Shown here one piece after another: positions 23,001 through 29,654 of a stretch of DNA of 64,000 nucleotides. The DNA lies in IMG/VR virus record IMGVR_UViG_3300035703_000005, positions 184,836-248,835 of that record, one strand, 5' to 3'. The notes under the pieces were generated by a model. It ran no database searches. It was not told the origin of the DNA and saw only the letters and a list, made by a program, of their open reading frames with translations. A program made the position numbers and the translations under genes. The stretch's first letter is position 1, and each line of letters opens with the position of its first letter.

Positions 23001-23800
23001 ACACCACTAACATTTTGGAATAAAAAATTACCTCTAATTTGAGTAGGATCACCACCTGAAATTTTTTCTACTAATATATTCTTTGTAGTAAAATATGAAT
23101 TTGAAGATGGGATTATAGTAAAATCTTGAGGTTTAATAATTTCAATATCTTTATTATATAAAATTTTGAAAAGAATTTTATACGAAGTATCCGTTCCTTT
23201 AGACGTATAAAAATCTTTTGCTCGAATTAAAATATTTTTTACAGAAAGTTCGTCTACAAAATTTCTTGATTCAAATCCAGGTAAAAATTCAGATTTATAC
23301 TTTTCAAAAAATTCTTTGATAAAAAGATTACTTAAATTTTCTACAACAGAACCAGATGGATGTTCTGAAGCTTCAGTAGAAGAGAATGTTAAAAATTTGG
23401 AATCATCGACAGATTTTATTTTATCTATTCCACTAAAACCTCTAACACAATCTACAAATGAATTGGAAGTTTTTTCTTTGTAAGTAATAATCTCATTATT
23501 GATTTTCAACAACCCATAGGAGTCTGGCCAACCTTCAGTAGAATCGACATGTATTACATCATCAAAACTTAAAATCTCAGAAGTAGTTTGTGCAGAGGAA
23601 TTTAAGTTTGAAAAAGTAAAATTATCAATATTTTTATAACTAGGTAAATTTATTGATAAATCAATAGCTCCAGAAAAATGTTCTAAAGAATTATAGTATT
23701 CGGAAAGAAAAGCTTTAAAAAGTGGAGATTCCTCTGTCAAAAACTCAGGAATTTGAGACTGGAGGATATTATCGATTTTTACCTTTTTAGTGTTGGACAT
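11012..23800 (-). CDS. gp7: giant baseplate wedge initiator (gp7-like) with YHYH-type domain and beta-propeller repeats
   Basis: 4262 aa between gp6 and gp8; N-term ILQSQIPEFL..FLSEYYNSLE, FYTSKGT; many GxGY repeats; HSPILGFAYDGNPIYGPYG and DLDEYNGR..TPQYPDGIYAYF. Confidence 0.75.
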   Translation of the reverse strand: MSNTKKVKIDNILQSQIPEFLTEESPLFKAFLSEYYNSLEHFSGAIDLSINLPSYKNIDNFTFSNLNSSAQTTSEILSFDDVIHVDSTEGWPDSYGLLKINNEIITYKEKTSNSFVDCVRGFSGIDKIKSVDDSKFLTFSSTEASEHPSGSVVENLSNLFIKEFFEKYKSEFLPGFESRNFVDELSVKNILIRAKDFYTSKGTDTSYKILFKILYNKDIEIIKPQDFTIIPSSNSYFTTKNILVEKISGGDPTQIRGNFLFQNVSGVGTVSASIFNVEFRPLRNKNLYEISLDSTSLSGAFQVAGKTKILESVPKNSDTILVDSTIGFSKSGKILVTPKNYNTIELFYSDKTNNQFLGVTGIDRDLDYGLDIVEEKFAFSYIGFGNTSRVDFRIVNVIDSIDFSKTSNLKVGDKVTLSGFGKDLSDSFQFNSWIYNIPTNHIIKNVSQLDANKFRVVLYDKVSFYKDEIIKLDDGINNSSNVSIISVEFDPGDTIRKYSNRLVVQALNPTFNLLNSKVVKKIIYKANHNRGFFDGLSKIPSGVQNTYVDSEDSNFYVTSTGLPNYTLFIENTEKNASSSGAGITDTLFSQNHNLVTGDSIYYDPISSNFSGISTGYYFVTKLNNNNIKLSYSNTDLFSKKYISFNSGISSDRFFKSGYENKTIKNQKLLKKFRLNRAFNVFDDKNDRTTNNRAVGLLANGVELLSPTLFDENIYYGKLVSIDVTNSGKNYDVINVAPLEIKDDTGSRAKAHVNLVGEVKSVKVITPGIGYQTKPKITISGGNGSGCILESNLIKSRISVGFRPESAVNTLTNVITFLNDHNFDDAEEVIYRSNQNSNIGGLVDGSRYFVGITSSNSIKIFNTFQDAVNKVNEVDIVGISSGFHVIETIKSKNTITQVFVKDPGKGYSNRKVKVPSILSLKDNIGINTFDSYICATNHRFSDGELVEYSTTGTPIAGLSTQIQYYVKVIDKNKFKLSEAGIGTTSTRNNYIDNIFVEFSSLGFGTHTIGYPAITVSVEALSAIGSTDIVQPLLEPIVLGSITDVYLEDGGVSYGCTDIVNYHRRPNVGFSSIISECVLKPIIINGTVRDVKIINRGRGYRKDSDIIINGNGQFAQIDPIIEDGRVVSVNIISGGVGYASSNTTMSVVNRGSDAKFLGNVFEWKINQVVKSIPSISDEDDGILYPSKNPDFGLEFINFYIPKKLRFQLNDNFTDTNSENLNTLSHSPILGFAYDGNPIYGPYGYDPLSGGSIRQIRTSYELRANTDPLVRPQGFEPGYFINDYVYTGSGDLDEYNGRWCLTPQYPDGIYAYFTSISIDPTGNSVPSYPYVIGEYFKDQPIKENFLPVFNQDLDIGTFNITRNVGPYYLNFNNSYYDLIDRVSEDYKQEFRIDTVNFSGITSTSIFSAGRDYQVDDRLVIENKNTSGSGANIVVSKVKGSDVLQFSIVDNKIIKVNFDIKSRKVVGKTDEPHQLVNNETIILTGVSTITSSTIEGSHVISVLDKTIELLNDIQDQVTTGLSTFITVKDISGFKSNDFIGIGTEILHITGVSPERSGFYVNRIQNTGVHTAGIDVVKLLPTEFTFDLERSNSDSITLNEIVFFNPSESVGTGTAGVTRSLVGIGTSSVESRFIPQKSIYIPNHKFYTGQPLTYFSGFNGTPLKYNNVGSATSISFDEGQTVYAVNFGVDYIGISTIGFTSSVGGIGTTLNCVEFVNFDDILNTVGASHSLTTKNFQVTSTLERFTGIVTTTADHNLLTGDEIELKIFNNQTDSVKILYNPEIRKITGERIEFTNSDININENKIDLTDTSLKTGDKVVYVSSNPADGLQNNEVYYILKTDFDNVKLCKNRVDIKNNVVVNINSVGGSSHGFYLINPPFHFVDGNVIRFDLSDASILDMYLEFYADVDFQKKLEIIGNTEIGFAITRNGTAGFPGSYVDLDTSISGFPKLLYYNLLPKSPIDERKNQITSDKDVIGNNKVVLKSHILNSKFIINKSSDRVFNFNLKNKPTELEKNSYASSTIEYLTSSKTAYGPISSLKINFSGRKYDKLPYVSNIISERGKDAVIKLNSPNIGKVESLERIKDGFDYPTDPTLSPVLSVPSVIGIKDIRRIDYIGIITGGKNYNTPPTLFVKENTEIKLQPQLSGGSIVKVDVVQNVTNLSEPLDIIPIYNSNGYDIDFISVSGDLVTLELANSSNSNPLISTGYGKTDFIFPFEIGDQIFIEGCRLTPNTKSKSNFNSSSYEYRFFEVVGISSQNNTVTYDMTGISTGLFGTYDDGVTLGYVVNKKDMPVFDMILADDVKYFSKERVTSTKFSSIVMEDGWDNDLNQLRTNNSFGELRTGDKITGEVSKITGTVEYHDSFNLRSTLGPFRDKVGVIDNSVGILNDFNQRISDNFYYQKFSYSIKSEIPYDIWRESVRSIIHPSGFKEFSDLEIYTKATHGIGRTTNLKPSVLDKQSSFLVNIDSHKSLYEKDNFTIVYEEDFLDDGSVERVFLSGGISLRNFIINKTNKVITIDDISDQFDGTSIQELDGRYADASDLLELNRSFIQEEVVGFITSSYPGITTNIDWDREICKRDVGFIVDAISHDIKYKSNNKSVEAGLAYWSGLGTSYVAGESEETIAGFKYIIDLSKYVINNVAISTSYQIPVFTEPQQFDTRILADTSCSPTYNENCCSDVWSAIGNYIGIVTSIIGIGTTAAPNVVYPSISRSGSVVGLTTFKLKNKGTPLFKYEFDSSDSAIVNISNNAFTSINHNFQSGQELIYDYGIGSPIGIATTSYAVGDLDVIMQVGNYDGTAIFENGYAQAVTSPITGISTVVVPAGISNQLFLNVIGFGTTSGSNAKFNALITYDVGTGQPLSTSLSLVSGGSGFKVGDVVSIAGTYFKGSTPANDLSFTITATAPTGIQTEANNSYLNLPSTDANGLGAIFNVYRDNDGLVSLIQVVNGGSGYASTSVVSISGTYIGGNSPDDSISFTPSVLGTDKLPRTLFVNKIDDNNFRVSGLSTSIFFDIVGLGSGIHSLKYKDPLPSTIITIDGIIQTQLRRKSLAITLNSPISTATTSVIEVSSGISSLAVNDVININSEYLLVKNIGIGSTNFVNVERGYFNSVSGIHTVGASATIFNGDYYIDGDVIYFTTAPYGKIGPVGLETGSIFSGRVFTRRFDPSKPVDKNIIFDDISLSFTGIAATEFTLKSGGQTTTTIFNNVNNSSLINNNPFVIINNVFQEPKVDYDIDGNSENVVRFLSGTPSAGKISKVAITTGFGYAPLLPASAVATVSAAGTISAISLTGAGSGYRQNINVSIASTIGSGASITASVGAGGTVTGFTIVNAGSGYTTTSLPTVVIGIPTSYSNLGVAYTGGSSGVGQGAKISVTVGQGSSIISFKIDNPGIGYKVGDVLSVIGITTNPGLSTSFEEFTLTVKEIQNDKFNGFYPGQFIKFDDISSNFNGFRKKFTLSVTTNNVREILSLRTIPGSDLNITNNIFVYINDVLQTPESSYTYSGSRIIFKEAPKENSTCSILYYRGSSIDVEQIEPPKTIKEGDVIIIRENKNDLLDIDQFDRTVKKIISSDQFDTFTYNSVGITTDSTKDRPLTWIKQTQDKIISGSLYSKSRPSIRSRVKPNAHVIKKIVPTDESIYIDNAYPLFSDVDSVAEDLRDLVIGENRITEDAICTSVVSSSSSISSIVISDGGVGYAYTGNPVVTISRSSITRKDPIKDWKPSTGISSLYDLNSISYTGKYVVAVGDNDTFAYSLNGSSWQASSVGFGITISYNSIIGVGTNRYFVGGSYGTVATAVSVGNTIGPWSAINLLREIVTPTVGVTARVSAGYTGPISDITYSSYLDTVVVVGLSSIFSGVGIGTTTLISRFSGTLQTLNSLAYGPSNIIAVGNDSVILSSVNGVIWEDLLSPTTANLNKVIHVDGEFVAVGDFGTVIKSTNSFTFNLVTTNISEDIIDISYNDFYVILTSLGNLYYSFDLSNWVLRETNQVNNLRSGLFINEIGLEGRYIFVGSSGTSIYADPIYNRATAISNVTAGVVTSVTIINGGFGYSQSNAPSVLIEPDSPKTEFVRSFKVMGDYGTIIGINTFVAGTPGIGTTSPKVEFVLKSEFYDNSTLGIGYSSLNSFGITYSQLSKGDYFVITNSNVTVGHALTGITTSLGGMSNYPASRVGTSTEFLDGVYIVENVTNAASGIVTVTCNFAPIEGPTGNYVEVYKRGENNTGINTNNFYGRYSWSKIFDYENRVLGSPKQFDVYTNNGLVGLLTGPMISRTRDL

Positions 23801-23801
23801 G

Positions 23802-25670
23802 TTATCTTGTATATTTTCCGTTTAAGTAACTTGAAGTTGGGGTAAATAATGTTGCAGAAATGTTCTCACCTGAGGTAATAATATCTTCAATAATATTTAC
23901 CGTAGAATTTTGAACATCTACTTGTAAATATAGATCTTTTAATCCAACAACATCATTAGATTCTGGAATCGCTTGGACCTCTATCAATCCATTATTTAAA
24001 GAAGCTCCACTAATATTTACAACATCTAGAAGAACTTCTCCACGTTTGTAATCTACAGTACCAGCATTATTTTTAACGATAACAGGTTCATTATTTTCCA
24101 ATTTAAAGAAAAATATTTTACCAAAATTGGAATCTAATTGTGTATCAGCCATATAAACAACGTCACTTACACCATTAATAAAAAATCCAGTAGATTTTAT
24201 GGAATAACCATTCTTCTTGACATGAATCTCATTACCAAAACATAATTCATATGTTGCATTACTATTTAACTCAGGAATTAAATCTCTTCTCATCCTGACT
24301 TTAGTAATGTTTGACGTAATTGATTGATCAGTATCATCTATAAGAGCATTAACTTTACTGAATTTAAATCTTCCACCAAAACTATTGACATCGGAAGAAG
24401 ATGCATATGATATTAATGAATTTAAAACTTTAGTTCTAACTAACTCGGGATTAGTTGCTCTATTTACATTATAATAAATTGTGGTATCTAATTCAACATA
24501 AAGATATGAAAGATCTATAATTTCCGGTTGAATACCAGCGATAGAATATTGTTTTAAAGTTCTTAATATATCTTGTTTAGTAATTTGTGAAAGAAAATTA
24601 CCATTTCTAGGTTTTATAGAAATGAAAACTTTTCCATATTCAGGTGGATCAAGTTCTTCACCACCATAAGATGTGACCGAATCGACATTTGGATAAATGA
24701 ATGGTATTAATCCCTTATAATCGTTGGCGGTAACTGCACGATACTGAGAAGCATATACACGAGGAGCAAGATACTTTATCTTATCAATAGATTCTATATC
24801 ATCTCCATTTTCTGAAGCACTTAAAGTATTAACTAACGAGATTCCACTTGTAATATTTTGTAAGTTATTATCTTTTAAAATTCCAGAAAAAGTAAAATTA
24901 GAAGCCCCATTTCCAAGTCTTCCATTTGTTACAATATATGTGACATTAATTACACTTCCATTAGCTGGTTTTTTTCCAACAATGTTGTCTCCAAATATAA
25001 TTTCGTATTTTTGGTCCTCTATTTCTTGAATCAGGAAAATTCTCGAATTTCCATCAATATTTAAGATATTTGAATATGAACTATAAACTTCCGATACTTG
25101 ATTCCTAGCGGTAACTCTAATTGTTGTGGTATCTATGTTAGCGTTAGGTAAAATAAATCTTTGATTTGGTTGAGAATCATCTACAACGAATGTACTTGTT
25201 AGGTAAACACCTTCATATATCTCAATATTATTGAAAGTTGCAATACCATTATTGTCAACCGGTGTTGTAATATCATCCGGAATTGAAAAAATATAATTTC
25301 CATCTCTTACCGCTCCTAAAGCAACTTGTCCTGCAACAATTTTAACTGTTCTAGAGTCGGTTTGACTCATGTCTACAGTAAAATTAATCTTAGCTTTAGA
25401 AGACCTTTTAGATCTTGGAACATATCCTATATTTCTTGCAAGAGAAACTACATTTTCTCTAAGAGTAGCGCTGTCAAGAAATACTTCATTGACCGCCATG
25501 TTAGTGTTGAAGGCGGTAATGTAACTATTATATGCAAGTAAATCTATTAAAGTCGAGAAGTTAGATCCTTCAAAATCAAAATCAGTAAAATCACTGTTTG
25601 ATCTCAGGTAATCTTTAATTTGTGTTCTTAGATCCTGAAAATCTAAGTTGGTGAATTGATTGAAGGACAT
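23802..25670 (-). CDS. gp6: baseplate wedge subunit gp6
   Basis: 622 aa; LDFQDLRTQIKDYL..FTDFDFEGS..LIDLLAYNSY, SATLRENVVSLARNIGYVPRS, RAVTANDY. Confidence 0.95.
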   Translation of the reverse strand: MSFNQFTNLDFQDLRTQIKDYLRSNSDFTDFDFEGSNFSTLIDLLAYNSYITAFNTNMAVNEVFLDSATLRENVVSLARNIGYVPRSKRSSKAKINFTVDMSQTDSRTVKIVAGQVALGAVRDGNYIFSIPDDITTPVDNNGIATFNNIEIYEGVYLTSTFVVDDSQPNQRFILPNANIDTTTIRVTARNQVSEVYSSYSNILNIDGNSRIFLIQEIEDQKYEIIFGDNIVGKKPANGSVINVTYIVTNGRLGNGASNFTFSGILKDNNLQNITSGISLVNTLSASENGDDIESIDKIKYLAPRVYASQYRAVTANDYKGLIPFIYPNVDSVTSYGGEELDPPEYGKVFISIKPRNGNFLSQITKQDILRTLKQYSIAGIQPEIIDLSYLYVELDTTIYYNVNRATNPELVRTKVLNSLISYASSSDVNSFGGRFKFSKVNALIDDTDQSITSNITKVRMRRDLIPELNSNATYELCFGNEIHVKKNGYSIKSTGFFINGVSDVVYMADTQLDSNFGKIFFFKLENNEPVIVKNNAGTVDYKRGEVLLDVVNISGASLNNGLIEVQAIPESNDVVGLKDLYLQVDVQNSTVNIIEDIITSGENISATLFTPTSSYLNGKYTR

Positions 25671-26068
25671 TAGACTCTAGTTGGTTGTAAAATAAATTCT
25701 ATAATTTGAGGAGGAACTGACAAACCAACAATATCATAGGATATTCGTACATTCAAATCATTAGAATCTTCTGGATATGAAACAACTACAGAACTTTTTT
25801 TAATTCTAGGTTCAAAGTTTTTAAGTAATGTTTCAATTTCAAGTTGCAAAGAATATGCAACAGTTGGTGATTGCAATTCAAAAACAGAATCTTCAATCTT
25901 TGTTCCGAGAATGTAGTTATAAAATCGTTCACCCAGCCTTGTTCTGACCAAATTTATAACAGATTTTTTAATGGCATCCTCATTCGTAATTGAAAGAATG
26001 TCATTAGTCACAGGATTTCTCGCAAATGAGAGACTAATATCTTTAAATTTGCGAGAAATCCTAGTCAT
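25670..26068 (-). CDS. gp25: baseplate wedge subunit gp25
   Basis: 132 aa; FKDISLSF..NP, AIKKSVINLVRTRLGERFY, FEPRI; adjacent to gp6. Confidence 0.92.
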   Translation of the reverse strand: MTRISRKFKDISLSFARNPVTNDILSITNEDAIKKSVINLVRTRLGERFYNYILGTKIEDSVFELQSPTVAYSLQLEIETLLKNFEPRIKKSSVVVSYPEDSNDLNVRISYDIVGLSVPPQIIEFILQPTRV

Positions 26069-26108
26069 TACTCAAACTAAGGGTATTTATTATATGTATA
26101 ACACCTTT

Positions 26109-26366
26109 TTACCACTTTTTTCCGTAAATTGGTTCAGTACCATACTCCCAATCATCATAATCCTCATCATTACGAATTTTTTCATGAAGATCTGTTTGTT
26201 TCAATAAATCATGTTTTGGTGCTTTATCGTACATAACCTCGGAAATAACTTTTTTTTCGTTATTTTTTGAGTTTTGGATCATAGAATCATAGTCAGTGAT
26301 TAATTTTGTGGTTCCCCACATCTCTCTCATGTAATTTTTGTCTCTGTCTACGGGTAAATTTGACAT
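26109..26366 (-). CDS. conserved cyanophage hypothetical protein
   Basis: 85 aa, MREMWGTTKLITDY...DDWEYGTEP; precedes gp25. Confidence 0.65.
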   Translation of the reverse strand: MSNLPVDRDKNYMREMWGTTKLITDYDSMIQNSKNNEKKVISEVMYDKAPKHDLLKQTDLHEKIRNDEDYDDWEYGTEPIYGKKW

Positions 26367-26408
26367 TTTTAGCTCCTGATTAAAAAATCAGAACTTTTTA
26401 CGGGGTTG

Positions 26409-26876
26409 CTATCCCGAAATGTCTGTATTTTCTACAATTTTTAAGTCTTCTCCAAGAATTTCTGTCAGGTACTCCTTTGACCAAAAGCTATAATAGTCAG
26501 TTTCAGACAATTTTTTGCGAATTCCATTCAATTTTTTCTTAGATTGACATAAAATCAGATTAAATTTTTGATTATTAGTCTGGACTCCACCAATAAATGT
26601 CGGACTAGAGGATAAATCTTCAAAAAACTTATAATAAGAGAATTTTTCATTGTAAAATTGGACCCATTTCTTAATTTGATCAGGTCTCCAAAAATCTTCA
26701 ACAATAAAAACGATGACATCGTACCCAGATTCCGGTTCAATGTCATCGATGGGAGTCTCTACGATTAAAGTTTTTGATGAAGAAGCATATGGACAAATAG
26801 CAAATCCACCCAACTCAGGTCTTTGTTTAGATACTTCACGTATCCATTCATGAATGTATGCTTCTTTATCTGTCAT
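26409..26876 (-). CDS. hypothetical protein (DUF1415-like CPYA motif)
   Basis: 155 aa; WIREVSKQRPELGGFAICPYA. Confidence 0.55.
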   Translation of the reverse strand: MTDKEAYIHEWIREVSKQRPELGGFAICPYASSSKTLIVETPIDDIEPESGYDVIVFIVEDFWRPDQIKKWVQFYNEKFSYYKFFEDLSSSPTFIGGVQTNNQKFNLILCQSKKKLNGIRKKLSETDYYSFWSKEYLTEILGEDLKIVENTDISG

Positions 26877-26877
26877 A

Positions 26878-27036
26878 TTATCCTGCTGCTAGAGGAGACA
26901 TAGGATTTGGTTTTGGTGGAGCAACTGTTCTTGCATTTGATGCAACATCATATCCAAAAACCTTTGCTTCTTCTGGGGGTTGTTCCGGAGAATCCGCGGC
27001 AGTTGGTCCAACTTTTGGTGTTTGTTCTTCTGTCAT
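26878..27036 (-). CDS. small hypothetical protein
   Basis: Hand-translated 52 aa MTEEQTPKVGPTAADSPEQPPEEAKVFGYDV...; below ORF-track cutoff, tiles the operon. Confidence 0.55.
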   Translation of the reverse strand: MTEEQTPKVGPTAADSPEQPPEEAKVFGYDVASNARTVAPPKPNPMSPLAAG

Positions 27037-27083
27037 TTTTTTATAAATTTTATTTAAAATTATTTAGACTTTTTCCTCTTGAA

Positions 27084-27227
27084 TTATTTACCTTGACCTC
27101 GGTATGGTTTCCGAGCTTTGTTACGACTTGTAGCTGCATACTTAGTATGTTTTCCAAGTCCTTGAAGAGTTTTCTTAGGAGTGGATTCAATTACAGCTTT
27201 TCCACCAGATGATTTTTTTACAGCCAT
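27084..27227 (-). CDS. small basic conserved cyanophage protein
   Basis: Hand-translated 47 aa MAVKKSSGGKAVIESTPKKTLQGLGKHTKYAATSRNKARKPYRGQGK; GAGG SD upstream. Confidence 0.7.
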   Translation of the reverse strand: MAVKKSSGGKAVIESTPKKTLQGLGKHTKYAATSRNKARKPYRGQGK

Positions 27228-27293
27228 TTTAATACCTCACAATTGGTTTTTTACGCGCCGATTTAAACGCGCCGAACATAAAAATTAAAGAAT

Positions 27294-27319
27294 TCTAGGG
27301 GTTTCAAAGAACCCCTAGA
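27294..27319 (-). terminator. intrinsic terminator hairpin
   Basis: 10-bp perfect stem TCTAGGGGTT/AACCCCTAGA right after the stop at 27323, T-rich tail on minus strand. Confidence 0.75.
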
Positions 27320-27322
27320 GTA

Positions 27323-28075
27323 TCAGATAATACGAGTCTTCTCGTGACCCACACGAATCTTAGGATCGCACCAGATCTCAAATCCCGCTGCCTTTGCATC
27401 CAGACAGAAGGATACGTCTTCACCGCACATATCTTGAACTTCTCCAGAGTCAAACACTTGCATCTTCGGAGCGAACCAAGGATACTCTAGAGACTCAAAA
27501 ACACCATTCTTAATCAACACCCAACCGAAACCAGTATAGTCCACGGTAAAGGGCTTACGACGCTTCGTCATCGTTTCACCAGTCTCATGGTTCATGACTC
27601 CGCCATTGTTCTTAAAGTCATCTTCTTCAAGCCAATGAGCAACAGAAGTCGTATGACCATCTTCAGTCATATACCAACCAGCTGCAATGTCCTTATCCAT
27701 TGCAACGAGACGATAGAATTTTTCCGTATCGAAAACAATATCATTATCAATCCAGAGTTGGTAATCATACTTCAGTTTACCATCCCAAGGAATCTGTTTT
27801 GGACCACGAAGAACGTTTGCACCAAGAACCTTGCAACGTGCAAAGTTAACCATGGAAGAGTAGTCCTGTGAAATTTGAATACTTGCACCATTCTGGACAA
27901 GATCAAAACAAAGTTGAACAAAATTCTTTAGAAAAATATAAGAACATCCACGACCTGGAAGACAGAAAACAATCGATTTGCCACGAATCATATCTTTTGC
28001 TTCTTGCAAATCAAATTCGTCTTCGTTCTTTTTTGGAGTTGGAACTGTTGCTTTAATTGTGAATCCTTTTGACAT
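27323..28075 (-). CDS. conserved cyanomyovirus glycosyltransferase-like protein
   Basis: 250 aa; IVFCLPGRG, MVNFARCKVLG, WIDNDIVF (DxD), DMCGEDVSFC, IRVGHEK: GT-A-like motifs. Confidence 0.7.
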   Translation of the reverse strand: MSKGFTIKATVPTPKKNEDEFDLQEAKDMIRGKSIVFCLPGRGCSYIFLKNFVQLCFDLVQNGASIQISQDYSSMVNFARCKVLGANVLRGPKQIPWDGKLKYDYQLWIDNDIVFDTEKFYRLVAMDKDIAAGWYMTEDGHTTSVAHWLEEDDFKNNGGVMNHETGETMTKRRKPFTVDYTGFGWVLIKNGVFESLEYPWFAPKMQVFDSGEVQDMCGEDVSFCLDAKAAGFEIWCDPKIRVGHEKTRII

Positions 28076-28119
28076 AAAAATAGAATTGCGACGTTATTAT
28101 TCTACCACTACAAATCAAT

Positions 28120-28284
28120 TCATGCAATGGTTTCTGTGTTATTTATGGGTTTGTATGTAACCTTTGAAAAACGATGTTCTGGAAGTAAATTACAATATGC
28201 ACGGATCATTTCAATCTTATGCTGAAGATCGCACTTCAATACATTCTCTGCAATAACTTCATGATCTACAAAAATATTATACAC
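28120..28284 (-). CDS. small hypothetical protein
   Basis: Hand-translated 54 aa from GTG, overlapping the upstream stop. Confidence 0.45.
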   Translation of the reverse strand: MYNIFVDHEVIAENVLKCDLQHKIEMIRAYCNLLPEHRFSKVTYKPINNTETIA

Positions 28285-28426
28285 AATCTTCTTCAATTTT
28301 CATTAGAAGATCTTCAATTTCATTTCTCAATGAATCATTAATAACCAAAAGTTTATCTGTATCCAAACGGTGTTGAATGCAATCTACAAGTAAATCTTTT
28401 TCGTAATGATCTAATTTAAGTTCCAT
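28277..28426 (-). CDS. small hypothetical protein
   Basis: Hand-translated 49 aa MELKLDHYEKDLLVDCIQHRLD... Confidence 0.5.
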   Translation of the reverse strand: MELKLDHYEKDLLVDCIQHRLDTDKLLVINDSLRNEIEDLLMKIEEDCV

Positions 28427-28463
28427 ACTTTCTTTGAGCTTATTTCAAAACTTATATATGTTT

Positions 28464-28730
28464 CTACACTTTTGCAATTGCAATATATTCGAGATTATTT
28501 TGAATATATCCCTCATTTTTTGCTGATACAACTAAATCAGATTTATTTGTAAATCCAATGCGTTTTCCTTCTTCCAATTTATCACGCACATAAGAATACA
28601 TAATCATATCAATTTGTTTAGTTGTAATATTATCAATTATTTTTTGAACCGCTTCTTGAATATCGGAGTTTCTACTAAAAACTTCTAAGGCTATTACTTG
28701 TGCTTCGGTTAAAGTAACAATGCATTCCAT
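28464..28730 (-). CDS. hypothetical protein
   Basis: 88-aa ORF with ATAAATA late-type motif upstream. Confidence 0.55.
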   Translation of the reverse strand: MECIVTLTEAQVIALEVFSRNSDIQEAVQKIIDNITTKQIDMIMYSYVRDKLEEGKRIGFTNKSDLVVSAKNEGYIQNNLEYIAIAKV

Positions 28731-28860
28731 GAATAATACTTTTATATTTCAAAATATTTATTTTTAATTTACTTTGATGGGGGTAAAAAATTACCAAAAA
28801 AATTTTTGAATCGAAAGAGGCTTTATGAGCGCTTTTTGGGGTCGTTATAGATTAGGGTAG

Positions 28861-28901
28861 TTAGCGTTTTTTCAAACGGGGGCCACCGCGCCCCGCGCTA
28901 A
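28861..28901 (-). terminator. GC-rich hairpin at the early/late boundary, probable terminator
   Basis: CGGGG/CCCCG stem nested in TTAGCG/CGCTAA; followed by TTTG on minus strand. Confidence 0.45.
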
Positions 28902-29027
28902 CACAAACGCCCCGCCACATAACTGCTCAAACTGCTCATAAGCTCACGAACACCGCTGCTCGTTCTCCGATGTATTCGTGTCCCCTCCAAGTGCTCATAA
29001 GCCTCAGAGGGGACGCTACATAAACTC

Positions 29028-29252
29028 TCACACAGCCTTAGAGCACTTGTTGTTCTTGGTGACTGCAGCTGCATCACTGATAGCACCATGCAGGAATGCC
29101 CCTTTAGGAGCAGCATTCGCCCAAGCCCTCTGACCCGTGAGTGCTTTCACACCGCGACGGGAGGGCTTAAGCACAGTGTACTTAATCTGCCCCTGAACAT
29201 CAGCGACCAGCAGTTCGAGTTTGGTAGCAGTTGCGATGTTGATGGTGCTCAT
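29028..29252 (-). CDS. small early protein
   Basis: MSTINIATATKLELLVADVQGQIKYTVLKPSRRG...; start reassigned to the ATG at 29252. Confidence 0.6.
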   Translation of the reverse strand: MSTINIATATKLELLVADVQGQIKYTVLKPSRRGVKALTGQRAWANAAPKGAFLHGAISDAAAVTKNNKCSKAV

Positions 29253-29312
29253 GATGTTGTTAGCGAAGTGTGTGTGGTGAGTGTAGACGAATGTGAAGAG
29301 CTTATGTAACAA

Positions 29313-29573
29313 TCAATCACGAAGCTCTTGGATCATTTCATCCAGCTCAATGTGGTTCAGCTCAGGGTCATTCCAGAGTACACCATCAGGGGTGCAGCTC
29401 TTACCGAAATCATCAATCATAAGCTCTTGGAACTCGGCATAATCATCACACTGCAGAGCAATGCTGTAGAAACCATAATCATTGCCAATCCACAGAGCAA
29501 CATTCCAGGTCTCATAATTGCTCCAACCGTTGTAGGTCTCTTGTGCAAGCTTGGGCTGGAAGGTGGTGGTCAT
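29313..29573 (-). CDS. conserved cyanophage early protein (YNGWSNYETWNVALWI family)
   Basis: Recognisable motif; GAGGA SD in the repeat leader supports the start at 29573. Confidence 0.7.
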   Translation of the reverse strand: MTTTFQPKLAQETYNGWSNYETWNVALWIGNDYGFYSIALQCDDYAEFQELMIDDFGKSCTPDGVLWNDPELNHIELDEMIQELRD

Positions 29574-29580
29574 GTGTGTT

Positions 29581-29654
29581 CCTCTCAACATGGCTAAGAT
29601 ACCCCATCTGGCTACCCCATGGCATCATCTGTGGCCAGTTATTAAGCTGTCCAC
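29581..29654 (-). promoter_or_regulatory. early promoter cassette (TATCTT -10, AGCCATGTTGAGAG leader, two-box operator)
   Basis: + strand CCTCTCAACATGGCTAAGATAC ... GTGGCCAG-N8-CTGTCCAC. Confidence 0.75.
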
